A DNA stretch of 64,000 bases from an uncultured delta proteobacterium (GCA_963804955.1 CAWDSQ010000030.1:64001-128000), one strand, 5' to 3'. Counted from the first letter of the stretch, positions 30,190-41,412 are shown. The notes: generated by a model not told the origin, from the sequence alone. Translations and numbers: made by a program.

Positions 30190-31864
30190 AATCGGTTATC
30201 TCCACGTCAGTATAGCTCAAGTCCGGCCCCTCGGGGCGGTAAGCGGCCATGGTGTGTTTCAGCCACTGCTTGTCGTCACGTCCGGGAAAGTCGGTGCGCC
30301 AGTGCGAGCCGCGGCACTCCTCGCGGGGGATGGCGCCAGCGACAGTAACCTCGGCAAGGTCGAGCATGCCCTGCAGCTCAAGGGCGTTCATGAGGCCCGG
30401 GTTGTACCGCCGGGTGCCGGGGCTGCGAAGGCTCATGCGCTTGTAGCGCTCCTGCAGCTCTTTAACTTTGGCCAAACACTCGACAAGCGCCGGGCGCTGC
30501 CTGAAGACGCCGCATTTATTGAAGAGGGTTTCGCGCATCTCGCTGACGATGGTGCCCACAGTGTCGGCGCCGCGCTGCCGCGACAGGATCGTCTGAATGC
30601 GCGCCTCCTGTTTATTCAGCTCATCCTGCAGCACCGCGGCTTCGGGCTGCGGCGGCGCCGAAGAAAGATACCGGCAGATTGCCTCGCCGGAGAGCTTGCC
30701 GAAGACCGTCGTGTCCAGCAGCGAGTTTCCTCCCAGACGGTTTGCGCCGTGCACGGACACGCACGCGCACTCGCCCGCGGCATAGAGGCCCGTGAGGTTT
30801 GTGGCGCCATGCGCATCGGTGGCAATGCCGCCCATGGAGTAGTGCTGGCCGGGCTGCACCGGAATGGGCTCGTCGATGGGGTCGATACCGCCGAAGTCCA
30901 TGGCGATCTCCCGTATGCCCGGCAGGCGTTCGAGGATTTTTTCACGCCCCAGGTGCCGCAGGTCAAGGTGCACGTACTCGTCGTTGAAGCCCCGCCCTTC
31001 GTTTATCTCGGTCTGTATGCTGCGGGCGACGATGTCGCGGGGCGCAAGCTCCCAGACAGTCGGGGCGTACTTTTCCATGAACCTCTCGCCCTTGCTGTTT
31101 ACCAGGTAGCCGCCCTCGCCGCGGGCGCCCTCGCTTATGAGGATGTTGGTGCCGCAGATGGTGGTGGGGTGGAACTGAACGAACTCCATGTCCTCGATGG
31201 GCACGCCGGCATAGTAGGCAAGGGCAACGCCGGAGCCGGTGTTGATAAGGGCATTGCTGCTGCGGGCAAATATCCGGCCGTACCCGCCGGTGGCAAGCAC
31301 CACGGCCCTGGCGGCAAACATTTCCAGGCGGCCTGTGGCCATCTCCATGGCGATGACGCCATGGACCCTGCCGCCCTGCACGGCAAGGGAAAGGGCAAGC
31401 CACTCCTCGTAGCACTTAACGCCCAGCTGCACGGAGCGCTCGTACATGGTGTGCAGGGTCATATGACCCGTGCGGTCCGAGGCGTAACAGCAGCGCGGAT
31501 AGCCTGCGCCGCCGAAGGGCCGCTGGGCGATGCGGCCGTTCTCGATTCTGCTCCAGGGGCAGCCCCAGTGCTCGAGCTCATAGACCAGCAGGGGCGCCTG
31601 CTCGCACATAATGCGAACGGCCTGCTGGTCGGCAAGGTAATCGCTGCCCTTGATGGTGTCGAAGGCGTGCTTCTCCGTGGTGTCGTCTTTTGAGCCGTCC
31701 ACGTTTGCAAGGGCAGCGTTCATGCCGCCTTGTGCCGCCACGGAGTGGGAGCGCACGGGATGCACCTTGGATAGCACTGCGGTATCATATGCGCCGCAGG
31801 CGCCGATTGCCGCCCGCAGGCCTGCAAGCCCGGCGCCTATGACCAGTACATCGTGTTTAACCAT
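30164..31864 (-). CDS. sdhA: Succinate dehydrogenase/fumarate reductase flavoprotein
   Basis: RSHSVAAQGG, QFHPT, EGARGEGG, HYSMGG, HGANRLGGNSL. Confidence 0.95.
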   Translation of the reverse strand: MVKHDVLVIGAGLAGLRAAIGACGAYDTAVLSKVHPVRSHSVAAQGGMNAALANVDGSKDDTTEKHAFDTIKGSDYLADQQAVRIMCEQAPLLVYELEHWGCPWSRIENGRIAQRPFGGAGYPRCCYASDRTGHMTLHTMYERSVQLGVKCYEEWLALSLAVQGGRVHGVIAMEMATGRLEMFAARAVVLATGGYGRIFARSSNALINTGSGVALAYYAGVPIEDMEFVQFHPTTICGTNILISEGARGEGGYLVNSKGERFMEKYAPTVWELAPRDIVARSIQTEINEGRGFNDEYVHLDLRHLGREKILERLPGIREIAMDFGGIDPIDEPIPVQPGQHYSMGGIATDAHGATNLTGLYAAGECACVSVHGANRLGGNSLLDTTVFGKLSGEAICRYLSSAPPQPEAAVLQDELNKQEARIQTILSRQRGADTVGTIVSEMRETLFNKCGVFRQRPALVECLAKVKELQERYKRMSLRSPGTRRYNPGLMNALELQGMLDLAEVTVAGAIPREECRGSHWRTDFPGRDDKQWLKHTMAAYRPEGPDLSYTDVEITDYEPTERKY

Positions 31865-31897
31865 GCAGACCGATGCCTTTTTTGTGACCGTTCAAGA

Positions 31898-32260
31898 TTA
31901 TTTAAGTACCCAGTTGAAGCAGACAAAAACGTACAGCACAAGCCCGAACGCCGATAGCCCCCAGAAAAGCTCCTTCTCCTTCTTTACGCCCCAGTCGACA
32001 AGGCAGGTCCGAAGGCCATAGAGGCTGTGGTAGATAAAGAACAGAATGACCACAAGGTCAACTGCCACAAGGCCATGCAGCTTTGTCCAGTACGGGACCA
32101 CATCCTGGCCGAATCTGCCCACCACGCCGAAGCCAGAATAAATTTTAAACCCGATGAGCAGAATGAGCAACAAACCGCTGACCCGGTGAAACACCCAGAC
32201 AAACATATAACACCCTCCACAAAGAGATTCGAAAGCGGAAGATTGCAGGCTGCTCCGCAC
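31898..32260 (-). CDS. sdhC: SdhC-like cytochrome b membrane anchor
   Basis: WVFHRVSG and YHSLYGLR His motifs; three hydrophobic segments; start uncertain. Confidence 0.8.
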   Translation of the reverse strand: MRSSLQSSAFESLCGGCYMFVWVFHRVSGLLLILLIGFKIYSGFGVVGRFGQDVVPYWTKLHGLVAVDLVVILFFIYHSLYGLRTCLVDWGVKKEKELFWGLSAFGLVLYVFVCFNWVLK

Positions 32261-32328
32261 ACTTCAATTCTGAATCCTGCCTATGCCGGCAGCTGCAGTG
32301 CTGCTGTGACCGGACAGGTAACGTGTGA

Positions 32329-32778
32329 TCACGTTTCAATCGCCGGGAACCAGTCATGGGCGCTGTGTGTGTCGAGAAAACGCCCGCCGACAATATCAGC
32401 AAAGTTTTTTATAAAAGTCAAACCGTTCAGGCAATCCTTTTTGAGAAGGGCATCCAGCTTCTTTTTTTCGATCCTGACAACCCTGCTCGGAAGCACGCAC
32501 TCTGCCGAGGCGGAATAGGCCGGCCGGTCAAGCAGGCATGACCAGCCGAAAAAGTCTCCGGGGGTATGCAGAAAGGAGACGCTGTTTTTGTTCCGCTCAG
32601 CGCGAATGCAGATTCTTCCTTCTTCCAAAAGGTAGAAGTTTTTGGCCGGGTCGCCATTCTTGATGAGAATAGCACCTTTCTCTTTCGACTCCAGAACCGC
32701 AATCGCCTCCAGCTGGGCTAAAAAATCCTTGCTCAACCCTTTGAACAGCCTTTGTCCTTTGAAAGATTTGATACTCAT
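32329..32778 (-). CDS. Stand-alone cyclic-nucleotide-binding domain protein
   Basis: GDPAKNFYLLEEG, PGDFFGWSCL, YSASA; no HTH. Confidence 0.85.
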   Translation of the reverse strand: MSIKSFKGQRLFKGLSKDFLAQLEAIAVLESKEKGAILIKNGDPAKNFYLLEEGRICIRAERNKNSVSFLHTPGDFFGWSCLLDRPAYSASAECVLPSRVVRIEKKKLDALLKKDCLNGLTFIKNFADIVGGRFLDTHSAHDWFPAIET

Positions 32779-32901
32779 CGCATGACCTCCTCTAAGGGTT
32801 TATTGTGGTAAATACCTGTCAACAGCCGGCATCCCCCGCATAGCGTGTGGATTGATTCCGTCCTGGAAAGGCGTAATCAAAAAAACACTAAGTGCTGGAG
32901 C

Positions 32902-32949
32902 TGCCTTCTTCACGAAAATATCGCCTGTTGCGATGGCTCCCTGAAGACA
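32902..32949 (-). repeat. ~47-bp imperfect hairpin motif, copy 2 of 3
   Basis: Reverse complement TGTCTTCAGGGAGCCATCGCAACAGGCGATATTTTCGTGAAGAAGGCA. Confidence 0.6.
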
Positions 32950-33011
32950 GTAAAAACATGTACTGGTCTCCGCAGCATGCTTGTGAGCAGTTGACAGTAT
33001 CCTATATGTGT

Positions 33012-33920
33012 TTATGCCTTCCGCGCACTATGCAGCCGCAGGGCTTCAACCCCAAGCGCCGCCGCTATCTCCGTGCCGAATTTTGCAGGGTTTTTCAGCA
33101 CGTTTATCCCGGCATCCACCCAGGCGCTCATTTTTTCAGCTGCGGTGCCTCTGCCGCCGGCTATAATAGCTCCGGCATGGCCCATGCGCCTTCCCGGAGG
33201 GGCGGTCTGCCCTGCGATAAATCCAATGACCGGCTTGGTGAAATGGCTCTTTATATAGGCTGCAGCTTCCTCTTCAGCCGTGCCCCCGATCTCGCCGATC
33301 AAGACCACTGCCAGCGTCTGCTCATCTGTGTTGAACAGCCTCAGCAAATCGGTAAACGAGGAGCCAACGATCGGATCACCGCCGATGCCGATACAGGTCG
33401 ACTGGCCGATATCCAGCTGTGTCAGCTGATAGACCGCTTCATAGGTAAGCGTTCCGCTTCGGGAGATGACGCCCACCGGGCCCTTTTTGTGGATATAGCC
33501 CGGCATGATGCCTATTTTGCAGGCTCCCGGCGATATCACGCCCGGGCAGTTGGGCCCGATGAGAACCGTTTTCCGGCCGCACATGAATTTTTTTATTTTG
33601 ACCATATCCAGGACCGGTATGCCCTCCGTGATGCAGACCACGAGGTCGAGCCCGGCGTCAACTGCCTCCATGATTGCATCGGCCGCCACAGAAGGCGGCA
33701 CGAAAATACACGAGGCATTTGCCCCTTCCTTTTCCTTTGCATCGATAACCCGGTTATAGACCGGCACTTTCTCTTCAAAAAGCTGGCCGCCCTTGCCCGG
33801 GGTTACCCCGGCAACTATCTGCGTGCCATAGGCCATGCACTGGCCGGCATGGAAGCCGCCTTCCCTGCCGGTAATTCCCTGCACGATAACGCGCGTTTGA
33901 CTGTTCACAAGAATGCTCAA
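33012..33920 (-). CDS. sucD: Succinyl-CoA synthetase alpha subunit
   Basis: [32 protein letters not shown]; likely TTG start at 33920. Confidence 0.96.
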   Translation of the reverse strand: MSILVNSQTRVIVQGITGREGGFHAGQCMAYGTQIVAGVTPGKGGQLFEEKVPVYNRVIDAKEKEGANASCIFVPPSVAADAIMEAVDAGLDLVVCITEGIPVLDMVKIKKFMCGRKTVLIGPNCPGVISPGACKIGIMPGYIHKKGPVGVISRSGTLTYEAVYQLTQLDIGQSTCIGIGGDPIVGSSFTDLLRLFNTDEQTLAVVLIGEIGGTAEEEAAAYIKSHFTKPVIGFIAGQTAPPGRRMGHAGAIIAGGRGTAAEKMSAWVDAGINVLKNPAKFGTEIAAALGVEALRLHSARKA

Positions 33921-33940
33921 GATAGTTCCGTGATAAAAGG

Positions 33941-35101
33941 TTATGCCCCTGCGCACCGGGCCACTTTTTGAGCGGCATCCCCAAATGACAAAGCCACATG
34001 AAAATTGAGTCCCGACTGCCGCAGCAGCTCTTTTCCCTGCTCGGCATTGGTTCCCGCGAACCGTATGACCAGCGGCACGGTAAACTTGATTTTCTCCGCC
34101 GCGGCTATGATGCCGGCTGCCACCCGGTCGCAGCGCAAAATACCGCCGAAAATATTTATGAGCACGGCTTTCACATGTGTATCCGAGAGCAGTATCCTGA
34201 GCGCCTGCTCCACCTGCTCGGCAGAGGCCCCGCCGCCCACATCCAGAAAATTGGCGGGCTCGGCCCCGGCAACTTTGATAATGTCCATCGTCGCCATGGC
34301 AAGGCCTGCGCCGTTGACCATGCAGCCTACGTTTCCGTCGAGCTTGATATAGCTGAGCCTGTGCCGGATCGCTTCGATCTCGATGGGGTCCTGCTCATCA
34401 GGGTCGAACAGCTCCATGATGTCCGTATGCCGGAACAGGGCATCGTCGTCAAAGGCGGCCTTGGCGTCAAGGGCGATCATAGTCCGGTCTTTTGTTATGA
34501 CCAGGGGATTGATTTCAATAAGGGAGCAGTCTTTTTCGATAAACATTTTATAGAGGCGGGCAACGATATCTGCGGCAGGCTTTGCAAGGTCGGCGCCAAG
34601 GTTCAGACCGAATGCGAGCTTTCTGGCGTGCATGCCCGAAAGACCTGTGGCGGGATCAACAGCAATGCGGATAATTTTTTCAGGGGCCTTTGCGGCAACC
34701 TCTTCAATATCGATGCCGCCGGAGGCAGAAGCCATGATGACCGGCATGGCAAGGGCACGGTCAACAACGATGCCCAGGTAAAGCTCCTGTGCCACGTCAA
34801 GGCCCTGCTCCACAAGCACCTTCTGTACCTTCCTGCCCTCGGGGCCGGTCTGGTGCGTAACCAGGTTCATGCCCAGAATATCTCTGGCAGCTGCATGGGC
34901 ATCATCAGGATTTTTCGCCAGCCTAACGCCGCCGCCTTTGCCGCGGCCTCCGGCGTGAATCTGCGCTTTCACCACCACCACGCCGGCAGTGCTTTCAGCA
35001 AATATCCGCACCTGCTCGGCAGTAACGGCTACGGTGCCGTTGGGTACCGGGATGCCATAATCGCTCAAGATTTTTTTGGCTTGATACTCATGAACTTTCA
35101 T
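33941..35101 (-). CDS. sucC: Succinyl-CoA synthetase beta subunit
   Basis: [37 protein letters not shown]. Confidence 0.96.
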   Translation of the reverse strand: MKVHEYQAKKILSDYGIPVPNGTVAVTAEQVRIFAESTAGVVVVKAQIHAGGRGKGGGVRLAKNPDDAHAAARDILGMNLVTHQTGPEGRKVQKVLVEQGLDVAQELYLGIVVDRALAMPVIMASASGGIDIEEVAAKAPEKIIRIAVDPATGLSGMHARKLAFGLNLGADLAKPAADIVARLYKMFIEKDCSLIEINPLVITKDRTMIALDAKAAFDDDALFRHTDIMELFDPDEQDPIEIEAIRHRLSYIKLDGNVGCMVNGAGLAMATMDIIKVAGAEPANFLDVGGGASAEQVEQALRILLSDTHVKAVLINIFGGILRCDRVAAGIIAAAEKIKFTVPLVIRFAGTNAEQGKELLRQSGLNFHVALSFGDAAQKVARCAGA

Positions 35102-35523
35102 GCACTACCTTACCAGGGTTCATATGCCGTACCGCCAGCCAACCTTTAGCATCGCGGCAATGAAAGAACAGATTTAGAAAATCCAGAGCATATCTTTTAC
35201 ATAGCACATAGCAAAAAATGAATTTTAATAAAACATTTATTCTTATTACTCAACTTGACTGGCTTTTAACAGAATCATGGAAAATCCTTGTATTTATTAT
35301 TAGTGCCCCGGCCAGCCTGTTCAGGGGCACAAAGCGTCGCAAGGGCGGTGCGAATGAATGTGCCGTATCACACAAAAAACCGGTTTTATGAGCACGTAGC
35401 CCGACGCAAGCGGCGTGCCACTGAGCAGGCCGGCGCCAGCTTAAAAAGTCAGTCAAGTTGAGTTATTAGCATGAGCAGCAAAACTGAAAGAAACAGCCAT
35501 CCGGGCGGCGCTGCCTTCAGTTG

Positions 35524-37170
35524 TTACTTCCCTGCCTTCATGGCCTCCAGTTCTTCCTTTTTGATAATGTTTTTCTGCACCTTCCCGATGGAAGTCCGGG
35601 GGAAATCGTCTCTGAATTTTACAAAGCCCGGCACCTTGAACTTTGCCACCCGTTCGGCGCACCAGTCGATGATTTCCTGCTCCGAGCATGTTTCGCCGGG
35701 GATCAGGATAACGCATGCCATGACCGCCTCATCCCGTATGACATCGGGCACGCCGATAACCGCCACCTCCCGCACCTTGGGATGGAGGCTGATGACATAC
35801 TCCACTTCCGAGGTCGCCACGTTTTCGCCAGACCGCTTGATCATGTCCTTCTTTCTGTCCATGAAATGGAAGTAGCCGTCTTCATCCATATGGGCATTGT
35901 CGCCCGTATACAGCCACCCGTCTATGATCGTTTCGGCTGTGGCCTGGGGGTTATTGTAATAGCCCTTCATGAGCGTTCTGCCCGGCACGCCCTTGACGAC
36001 GAGCTCCCCGACAGTGCCCGGCGGAACTTCATTGCCGTGCTCATCGATGACCTTCGCCGCATTTTCCATGCGCGGCATGCCGATGCAGTTTCGCTTCAGT
36101 ACGCCGTCGACAGGATTGATGGTCGTTGCGCCGAGCGTTTCAGTCATGCCCCACAGATCGCACAGGGGAACATTGAAGCGCGTTTCGAACTCGATCCATT
36201 TTTCTTCGGGGATCGCAATGGCATACATAATCATCCTGAAATCGTTCCGGCCGTCGAGCCCGGCTGCGGGCTGATTTAATATCATCTTTACCGTTGCCGC
36301 GACGAGGCTAGACGTCGTTGCTCCATGCCGGCGCGCCTGCTCCATATACTTTGATGCGCTGAACACCTCTGCCATAACAAGCGTGGCCCCTGCGGTGAGC
36401 GTGGGCATGACGGATATGAACTGGCCGTTCACGTGGAACAGGGGCAGCACGATAAAATGCCGGTCGGCAGGAACAACCTTCCAGGCCTGGGCTCCGAAAA
36501 TACCTGAAAAAACCGCATTGGCATGGGTGAGCTGCACAGCCTTCGGCCGTGATGTCGTTCCTGATGTAAACAGCCACATCAGGTCTTCTTCATTATGCAT
36601 CGCGACCGGCGCAAGCTCAGCCGGCGCGTCTTTCAGAAGGTCAGGGATCAGAACATGCTCAACCCGCGCGCGGACAGCTTCAGGCATCTCCCTGCGGTAG
36701 AGCTCGACAATACGCGGGCCGGGATAGCGGGGGGAAGTTCTTGTGAGGAAGAGGTGGCCTATCTTCGGACACTTTTCCGCAAGGCCGTTGAAAAGCTCAA
36801 AATAGGCAGGCTCCGTGATGACCGCTACGGATTCCGAGAACTCAAGATAATATTCAAGTTCGAAAGCACCCGCCAGGACATTGGTGGGAATCATCACCGC
36901 GCCGATTTTCGCCAGGGCAAACCATGCAAAAAGATATTCCGGCGAGTTCACAAGGTGCACCGTCACCTTGTCGCCTTTCTTAATGCCCTTGCTTAAAATA
37001 ATATTGGCGTACTTGTTGACAAGATCATCAAGCTCCCTGTAGGTATAGCGTATGACATTGCCGTCGCGGTCTTCGAAAACGATGGCTTCCTTTGAAGCAA
37101 ACTCCCTGCATTTGAACTCTAAAACGTCCCTGAGGTTTTTCGTTCCGATGATGTCCATGCTGCCCTCCAT
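35524..37170 (-). CDS. AMP-forming acyl-CoA ligase (CaiC-like)
   Basis: FTSGTTSRPK, WGMTE, TGD, RSGENV, PRTSIGKVQK. Confidence 0.9.
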   Translation of the reverse strand: MEGSMDIIGTKNLRDVLEFKCREFASKEAIVFEDRDGNVIRYTYRELDDLVNKYANIILSKGIKKGDKVTVHLVNSPEYLFAWFALAKIGAVMIPTNVLAGAFELEYYLEFSESVAVITEPAYFELFNGLAEKCPKIGHLFLTRTSPRYPGPRIVELYRREMPEAVRARVEHVLIPDLLKDAPAELAPVAMHNEEDLMWLFTSGTTSRPKAVQLTHANAVFSGIFGAQAWKVVPADRHFIVLPLFHVNGQFISVMPTLTAGATLVMAEVFSASKYMEQARRHGATTSSLVAATVKMILNQPAAGLDGRNDFRMIMYAIAIPEEKWIEFETRFNVPLCDLWGMTETLGATTINPVDGVLKRNCIGMPRMENAAKVIDEHGNEVPPGTVGELVVKGVPGRTLMKGYYNNPQATAETIIDGWLYTGDNAHMDEDGYFHFMDRKKDMIKRSGENVATSEVEYVISLHPKVREVAVIGVPDVIRDEAVMACVILIPGETCSEQEIIDWCAERVAKFKVPGFVKFRDDFPRTSIGKVQKNIIKKEELEAMKAGK

Positions 37171-37359
37171 GTCATTTAAATTTGTTTATAACAGCCCTCT
37201 TCAAAAATAATATCTGAACATCAGTAACCGTATCAGAGCAGTGCGCCAGAAGCAGTGGCGGAGGTAAAAAGCTTGTTCTGGCTGGGCAGAAGATAGGATT
37301 CCGAGTAGTAAATGTCAATAAATATTTCAAATTATGAAAAAATTAATAGTAAAAAAATA

Positions 37360-37600
37360 TGGTTATCTCCAAAGCTGAACCTGTGTATGGTCGTTACTAT
37401 CATCGCACAATTTTGTCCATTTCGACCGCAGGGAGTCCGCAGGTTGCGTACTCGCATCAATCTTAGACTGAAGTGAAATTATGGCGTTAGGATTTCTCAT
37501 CCCGCTTTCAGCGGGATTCGAAATGACAGCAAGAGCAATTACGACCAAGGTATACGCTCGTGTCCAGAATAAGGGGTTAGTTCAGCTTTGGAGATAACCA
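37360..37600. mobile_element. MITE-like element with perfect 21-bp terminal inverted repeats
   Basis: TGGTTATCTCCAAAGCTGAAC (37360-37380) / GTTCAGCTTTGGAGATAACCA (37580-37600). Confidence 0.7.
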
Positions 37601-37693
37601 GATAAAAAAAACTATGCTGATTTTGCAGAACAAAATCCTGTTGCGCGTTGCACTGCAGATTTCTGAAAGAAATAATTGATTGGCGGCTTGCGC

Positions 37694-38251
37694 CTAGCAT
37701 TTTTTGTATTTCATAGCGCCTTCAGCATAAAGGTCATTCCCCCGCACGTCGTTAATAACAACGACCGGAAAATCCACTACCTCCAGCCTTCTGATCGCCT
37801 CAGGCCCCAGATCTTCATAAGCCACAATCTCTGCCTTTTTAATTGCTTTGGCTAAAAGAGCGCCGGCACCGCCGGTTGCACCGAAGTAGACAGCCTTGTA
37901 TTTCTTCATGGCATCTATTACAGCCTCCGCCCTGTTGCCCTTGCCTATCATACCCTTAAGGCCGAGCTCTATCAGCTTGGGTGAAAAACTGTCCATCCGG
38001 TAGCTTGTCGTGGGCCCTGCCGACCCAATAGCCTGGCCCGGTTTTGCCGGAGAAGGCCCTACAAAATAAATAAGCTGCCCTTTAATGTCCAGGGGCAGTT
38101 GCTTGCCCTGCTCAATAAGATCGAGCAGTCTTTTATGGGCCGCGTCTCTGCCCGTATAGATGATGCCGGTAAGTAAGACCTTATCCCCTATGTTCAGCGG
38201 CTCAAGGTCTTTCACCGTAAGCGGAGTACGAAGGCGTATCGGGTTACTCAT
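37694..38251 (-). CDS. Class I fumarate hydratase beta subunit
   Basis: GRDAAHKR, GSAGPTTSYRMD, MIGKG, DLGPEAI. Confidence 0.92.
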   Translation of the reverse strand: MSNPIRLRTPLTVKDLEPLNIGDKVLLTGIIYTGRDAAHKRLLDLIEQGKQLPLDIKGQLIYFVGPSPAKPGQAIGSAGPTTSYRMDSFSPKLIELGLKGMIGKGNRAEAVIDAMKKYKAVYFGATGGAGALLAKAIKKAEIVAYEDLGPEAIRRLEVVDFPVVVINDVRGNDLYAEGAMKYKKC

Positions 38252-38271
38252 GTTCCTGCTCCTGCTTCATA

Positions 38272-39111
38272 TTAAATGACAGCTTCTTTATGGCGCGCAG
38301 AATGGCAGTTGATATTCACAGCCACAGGCAGGCTTGCAATATGGCACGGCTCAATTTCCATAAAGACATCGAGGCTGGTCGTATTTCCGCCGTATCCCAT
38401 GGGGCCGATACCAAGTTTGTTTATCTCGTTAAGAATTTCCAGCTCCATTTCAGCCAGTTCGGGATCAGGGTTCCTCGTCCCGATCTCGCGCAGCAAGGCC
38501 TTCTTTGCAAGCAGGGCGGAGCGTTCGAACGTGCCGCCGATGCCGATGCCGACAATAGTCGGGGGACAGGGATTGCTGCCCGCTTCGCGCAGACGGTTGA
38601 CGACGAAATCCTTGACGCCCGCATAGCCGGCTGCCGGGGTGAGCATGGTTACGCGGCTCATGTTTTCACTGCCGCCGCCCTTCGGGGCCATGGTGATTTT
38701 AATTGTATCTCCCGGAACAATATCCACATGAATTATAGCCGGAAGATTATCGCCGGTATTCTTGCGCGTGAACGGATGGCACGCAGACTTCCGCAAATAG
38801 CCATCCGCATAGCCCTGCTGTACGCCCTGGCTGATTGCGGCTTTCAGGTCTCCGCCCGTGACATGCACGTCCTGGCCTATCTCAACGAACAGAACCGCAA
38901 GGCCGCAATCCTGGCACAGCGGCACCTCTTCATGCCGTGCAATTCTCGCGTTTTCCTTCAGCTCTTGAAGCACCTCCCGTGCTACAGGAGATTCGTCCGA
39001 GGCAATAGCCTTGTCAAATGCGCTCAGAACATCCTGCCCCAGATTATAATTTGCGCTCATGCACAGATCCCGCACAACCGGGATTATTTCACTGATTGCT
39101 ATTTCTCTCAT
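38272..39111 (-). CDS. Class I fumarate hydratase alpha subunit
   Basis: PLCQDCG, KGGGSENMS, NPCPP, CHIASLPVAVNINCH. Confidence 0.92.
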   Translation of the reverse strand: MREIAISEIIPVVRDLCMSANYNLGQDVLSAFDKAIASDESPVAREVLQELKENARIARHEEVPLCQDCGLAVLFVEIGQDVHVTGGDLKAAISQGVQQGYADGYLRKSACHPFTRKNTGDNLPAIIHVDIVPGDTIKITMAPKGGGSENMSRVTMLTPAAGYAGVKDFVVNRLREAGSNPCPPTIVGIGIGGTFERSALLAKKALLREIGTRNPDPELAEMELEILNEINKLGIGPMGYGGNTTSLDVFMEIEPCHIASLPVAVNINCHSARHKEAVI

Positions 39112-39120
39112 GACCGGCTC

Positions 39121-40579
39121 CTATTTCCTGACCGCGTCCACAGCCTTTTTCGCGGCGTCCTCAATTAATTTGGTATCAGGCTTTTTAATGAAATTTTTCT
39201 CCATAAGAAGATCCATTACCGCTCGCGCTTCTCTGATATCGGCAAGGGTCCTGTTGTACACTTCATCTCTTGTGAGGATTATCCTTGCGACGCCGTTCTT
39301 AATCGCCTCCATTGCGACAGCCGCAGCCTCTTCGGCAAACAGCTCTGTTTCGTCCATTGAGGGCATTATCCTGTCCGGATGAATGCCTTTTCTCTCCGCG
39401 AACTTTGCAATGGAATATGCGGCGGCGAGGGCCATTTCATCCGTTATCTTTTTAGACCGGACGAGAAGAGCGCCTTTGAGGATTCCCGGGAACCCGACGG
39501 AGTTGTTGACCTGGTTCGGGAAATCACCCCTGCCCGTTGCGACAATGCAGGCGCCTGCCTCCTTTGCCGCATACGGATAAATTTCCGGCACCGGATTTGA
39601 GCAGCAGAACACTATCCCCTTGAGTATTCATGCTTCTGATCCAGTCCTGTTTAACCGCATCCGGCCCGGGGTGGCTGAGTGCTATGAGTACATCGGCTCC
39701 CTTCATTGCTTCTTCTATGGCTGTATATTTATCCGGATTAGTAGCTTCACACAGCTCCCATTTCCGGTAAAAGGCTGTGTCGGCTTTAATGTCCTCCCTC
39801 CCGGTATGGAGGCCCCCCTTTGAGTCAAACACTGACATTTTTCCCGGATCAGCGCCTGCCTGGAGAATCAGCCGCGCGATTGTTGTATTGGATGCGCCCG
39901 CTCCCATCATAACTATTTTAACTTTATCAATATCTTTTCCTGCCACCTTGAGTGCATTGATCAGCCCTGCTACGGTAACGCAGCCGGTACCCTGCGCGTC
40001 ATCATGCCATACGGGAATATCACATGCCTCACGCAGGGTATCCAGTACCTTGAAGCAGTTGGGCTGCGAAATATCTTCGAGGTTTACGGCGCCGAAACTC
40101 GGCTCCGCCATTTTTACGAAATCGATAATTTTATCCGGATCATGCCTGCCTTTGTCGTTATAGCTGTTCATGCACAGTGCGACAGCGTCAACGCCGCCGA
40201 GGTATTTCATCAGAAAGGCTTTTCCTTCCATGACCCCGAGCCCGCCCGCCGGCGTACAGTCTCCGTCGCCGAGAACTCTTGTTGAGTCGGAGACTACGGC
40301 AACAAGATTGCTCCTGTTTGAAAGATCAAAAGAAAGCTCATTATTGTCGCGAATGCTGGTTGACACTGCGGATACGCCCGGCGTGTACCATACATTGAAC
40401 CAGTTGAAGCCGTATATGCCGGCTTTCGGCATTGTCATGGTCTTTCCGCCGTAAAACTTGTGTGCGGTATATGACAGTTCCTTAAGAAATATTGTCTTTG
40501 CTTTGGCTTTCTGCTCTTCCGTAAACTCATCCGGGAAAATGGAATTTAAATTCGACAGCGATATATCTATTTTTTCCAT
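39121..40579 (-). CDS. NAD(P)-dependent malic enzyme (frameshift near 39615)
   Basis: WYTPGV, VMEGKA, NLEDI, WHDDAQGT, GAGA; C-terminal NPVPEI...ATGRGDFPNQVNN in the second frame. Confidence 0.93.
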
Positions 40580-40860
40580 GGCTCAAGTCCTTTGCTGCAA
40601 TGCTTTTGTTAAATATTTTTTTTGTTTCACCGGCTGCCTTTGCCGCAGCGCGACAGGTTCGCGATAACCATTATTATGAATTCGATACCGCGTCAACAGC
40701 TTCATGAACAGAATGCCTTCATATTTTGGCAACCCTTGCTCTTTTTTAGCTAATAAGCATAGCATATATTTACTTTTTTCTGCTATTTGTCACAGGGCGG
40801 CAACCTTCTAAGTCGCTTTGCCGTTTCACGGGGATGTACAGCAAAGACTAACCGGTATAG

Positions 40861-41036
40861 CTGCAGATATCGAGGGAATTACATGGTCGGCAGAATTTAT
40901 GAGCCCGTCTATCTCTGCCTCCGCCGGGCGAACAATGCTGATGCACAGCTTTCAATTGAGCAGGAAGTCCGCTATGCGGAATAGAAGGGCCGCCTGCGCA
41001 CGCAGGAGATGCAGGAGAAGCGTTTAAGGAACCGTT
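40861..41036 (+). pseudogene. Diverged duplicate of the 3' end of the GT2 gene
   Basis: Aligns to 27183-27357 (VGRIYEPVYLC...DAQLS.EQEVRYAE); has an internal TAG. Confidence 0.8.
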
Positions 41037-41130
41037 CTATGCGTCGTTAGATTGGTTCAAGTAGTTTGAGCAGTCAGCACTTAAATTCTCCATTTATTTA
41101 ATTTTATGGTTTCGTAAAAAGTCAGAAACT

Positions 41131-41203
41131 GTCACCGTGAACGAAGTGAAGGGTCTCTTAGCATGCTCAAAAAACGAGATTCTTCGCTCCGCTCAGAAAT
41201 GAC
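41131..41203. repeat. Palindromic intergenic repeat
   Basis: GTCACCGTGAACGAAGTGAAGGGTCTC...GAGATTCTTCGCTCCGCTCAGAAATGAC. Confidence 0.65.
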
Positions 41204-41412
41204 AACCGCTGGGACTTTTACGGCGGCATCAATGTTGGAAATCGATATTCTTGCTGCCCTTATTCGATTGAACGTTTTGATGCTCGTCGAAAAAAGAACG
41301 GCTGTTCAATAGTTAAATAATTGAAATAAATTTCTTGACAGAACAAGAATATTGATATAATCTATCAAAGTACTAGTTTCAAATTTATAATAATTTAAGC
41401 GAGGAGAAAGGT

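Noticed and set aside
30254..31693. Long antisense ORFs (also 8200-9594, 33998-35149, 44384-45322, 58267-59427)
   Set aside because: Shadow ORFs opposite well-supported GC-rich genes; no motifs of their own.
40861..41036. DGR template/variable repeat pair with the GT2 3' end
   Set aside because: Differences are not adenine-specific and no reverse transcriptase is present in the window.
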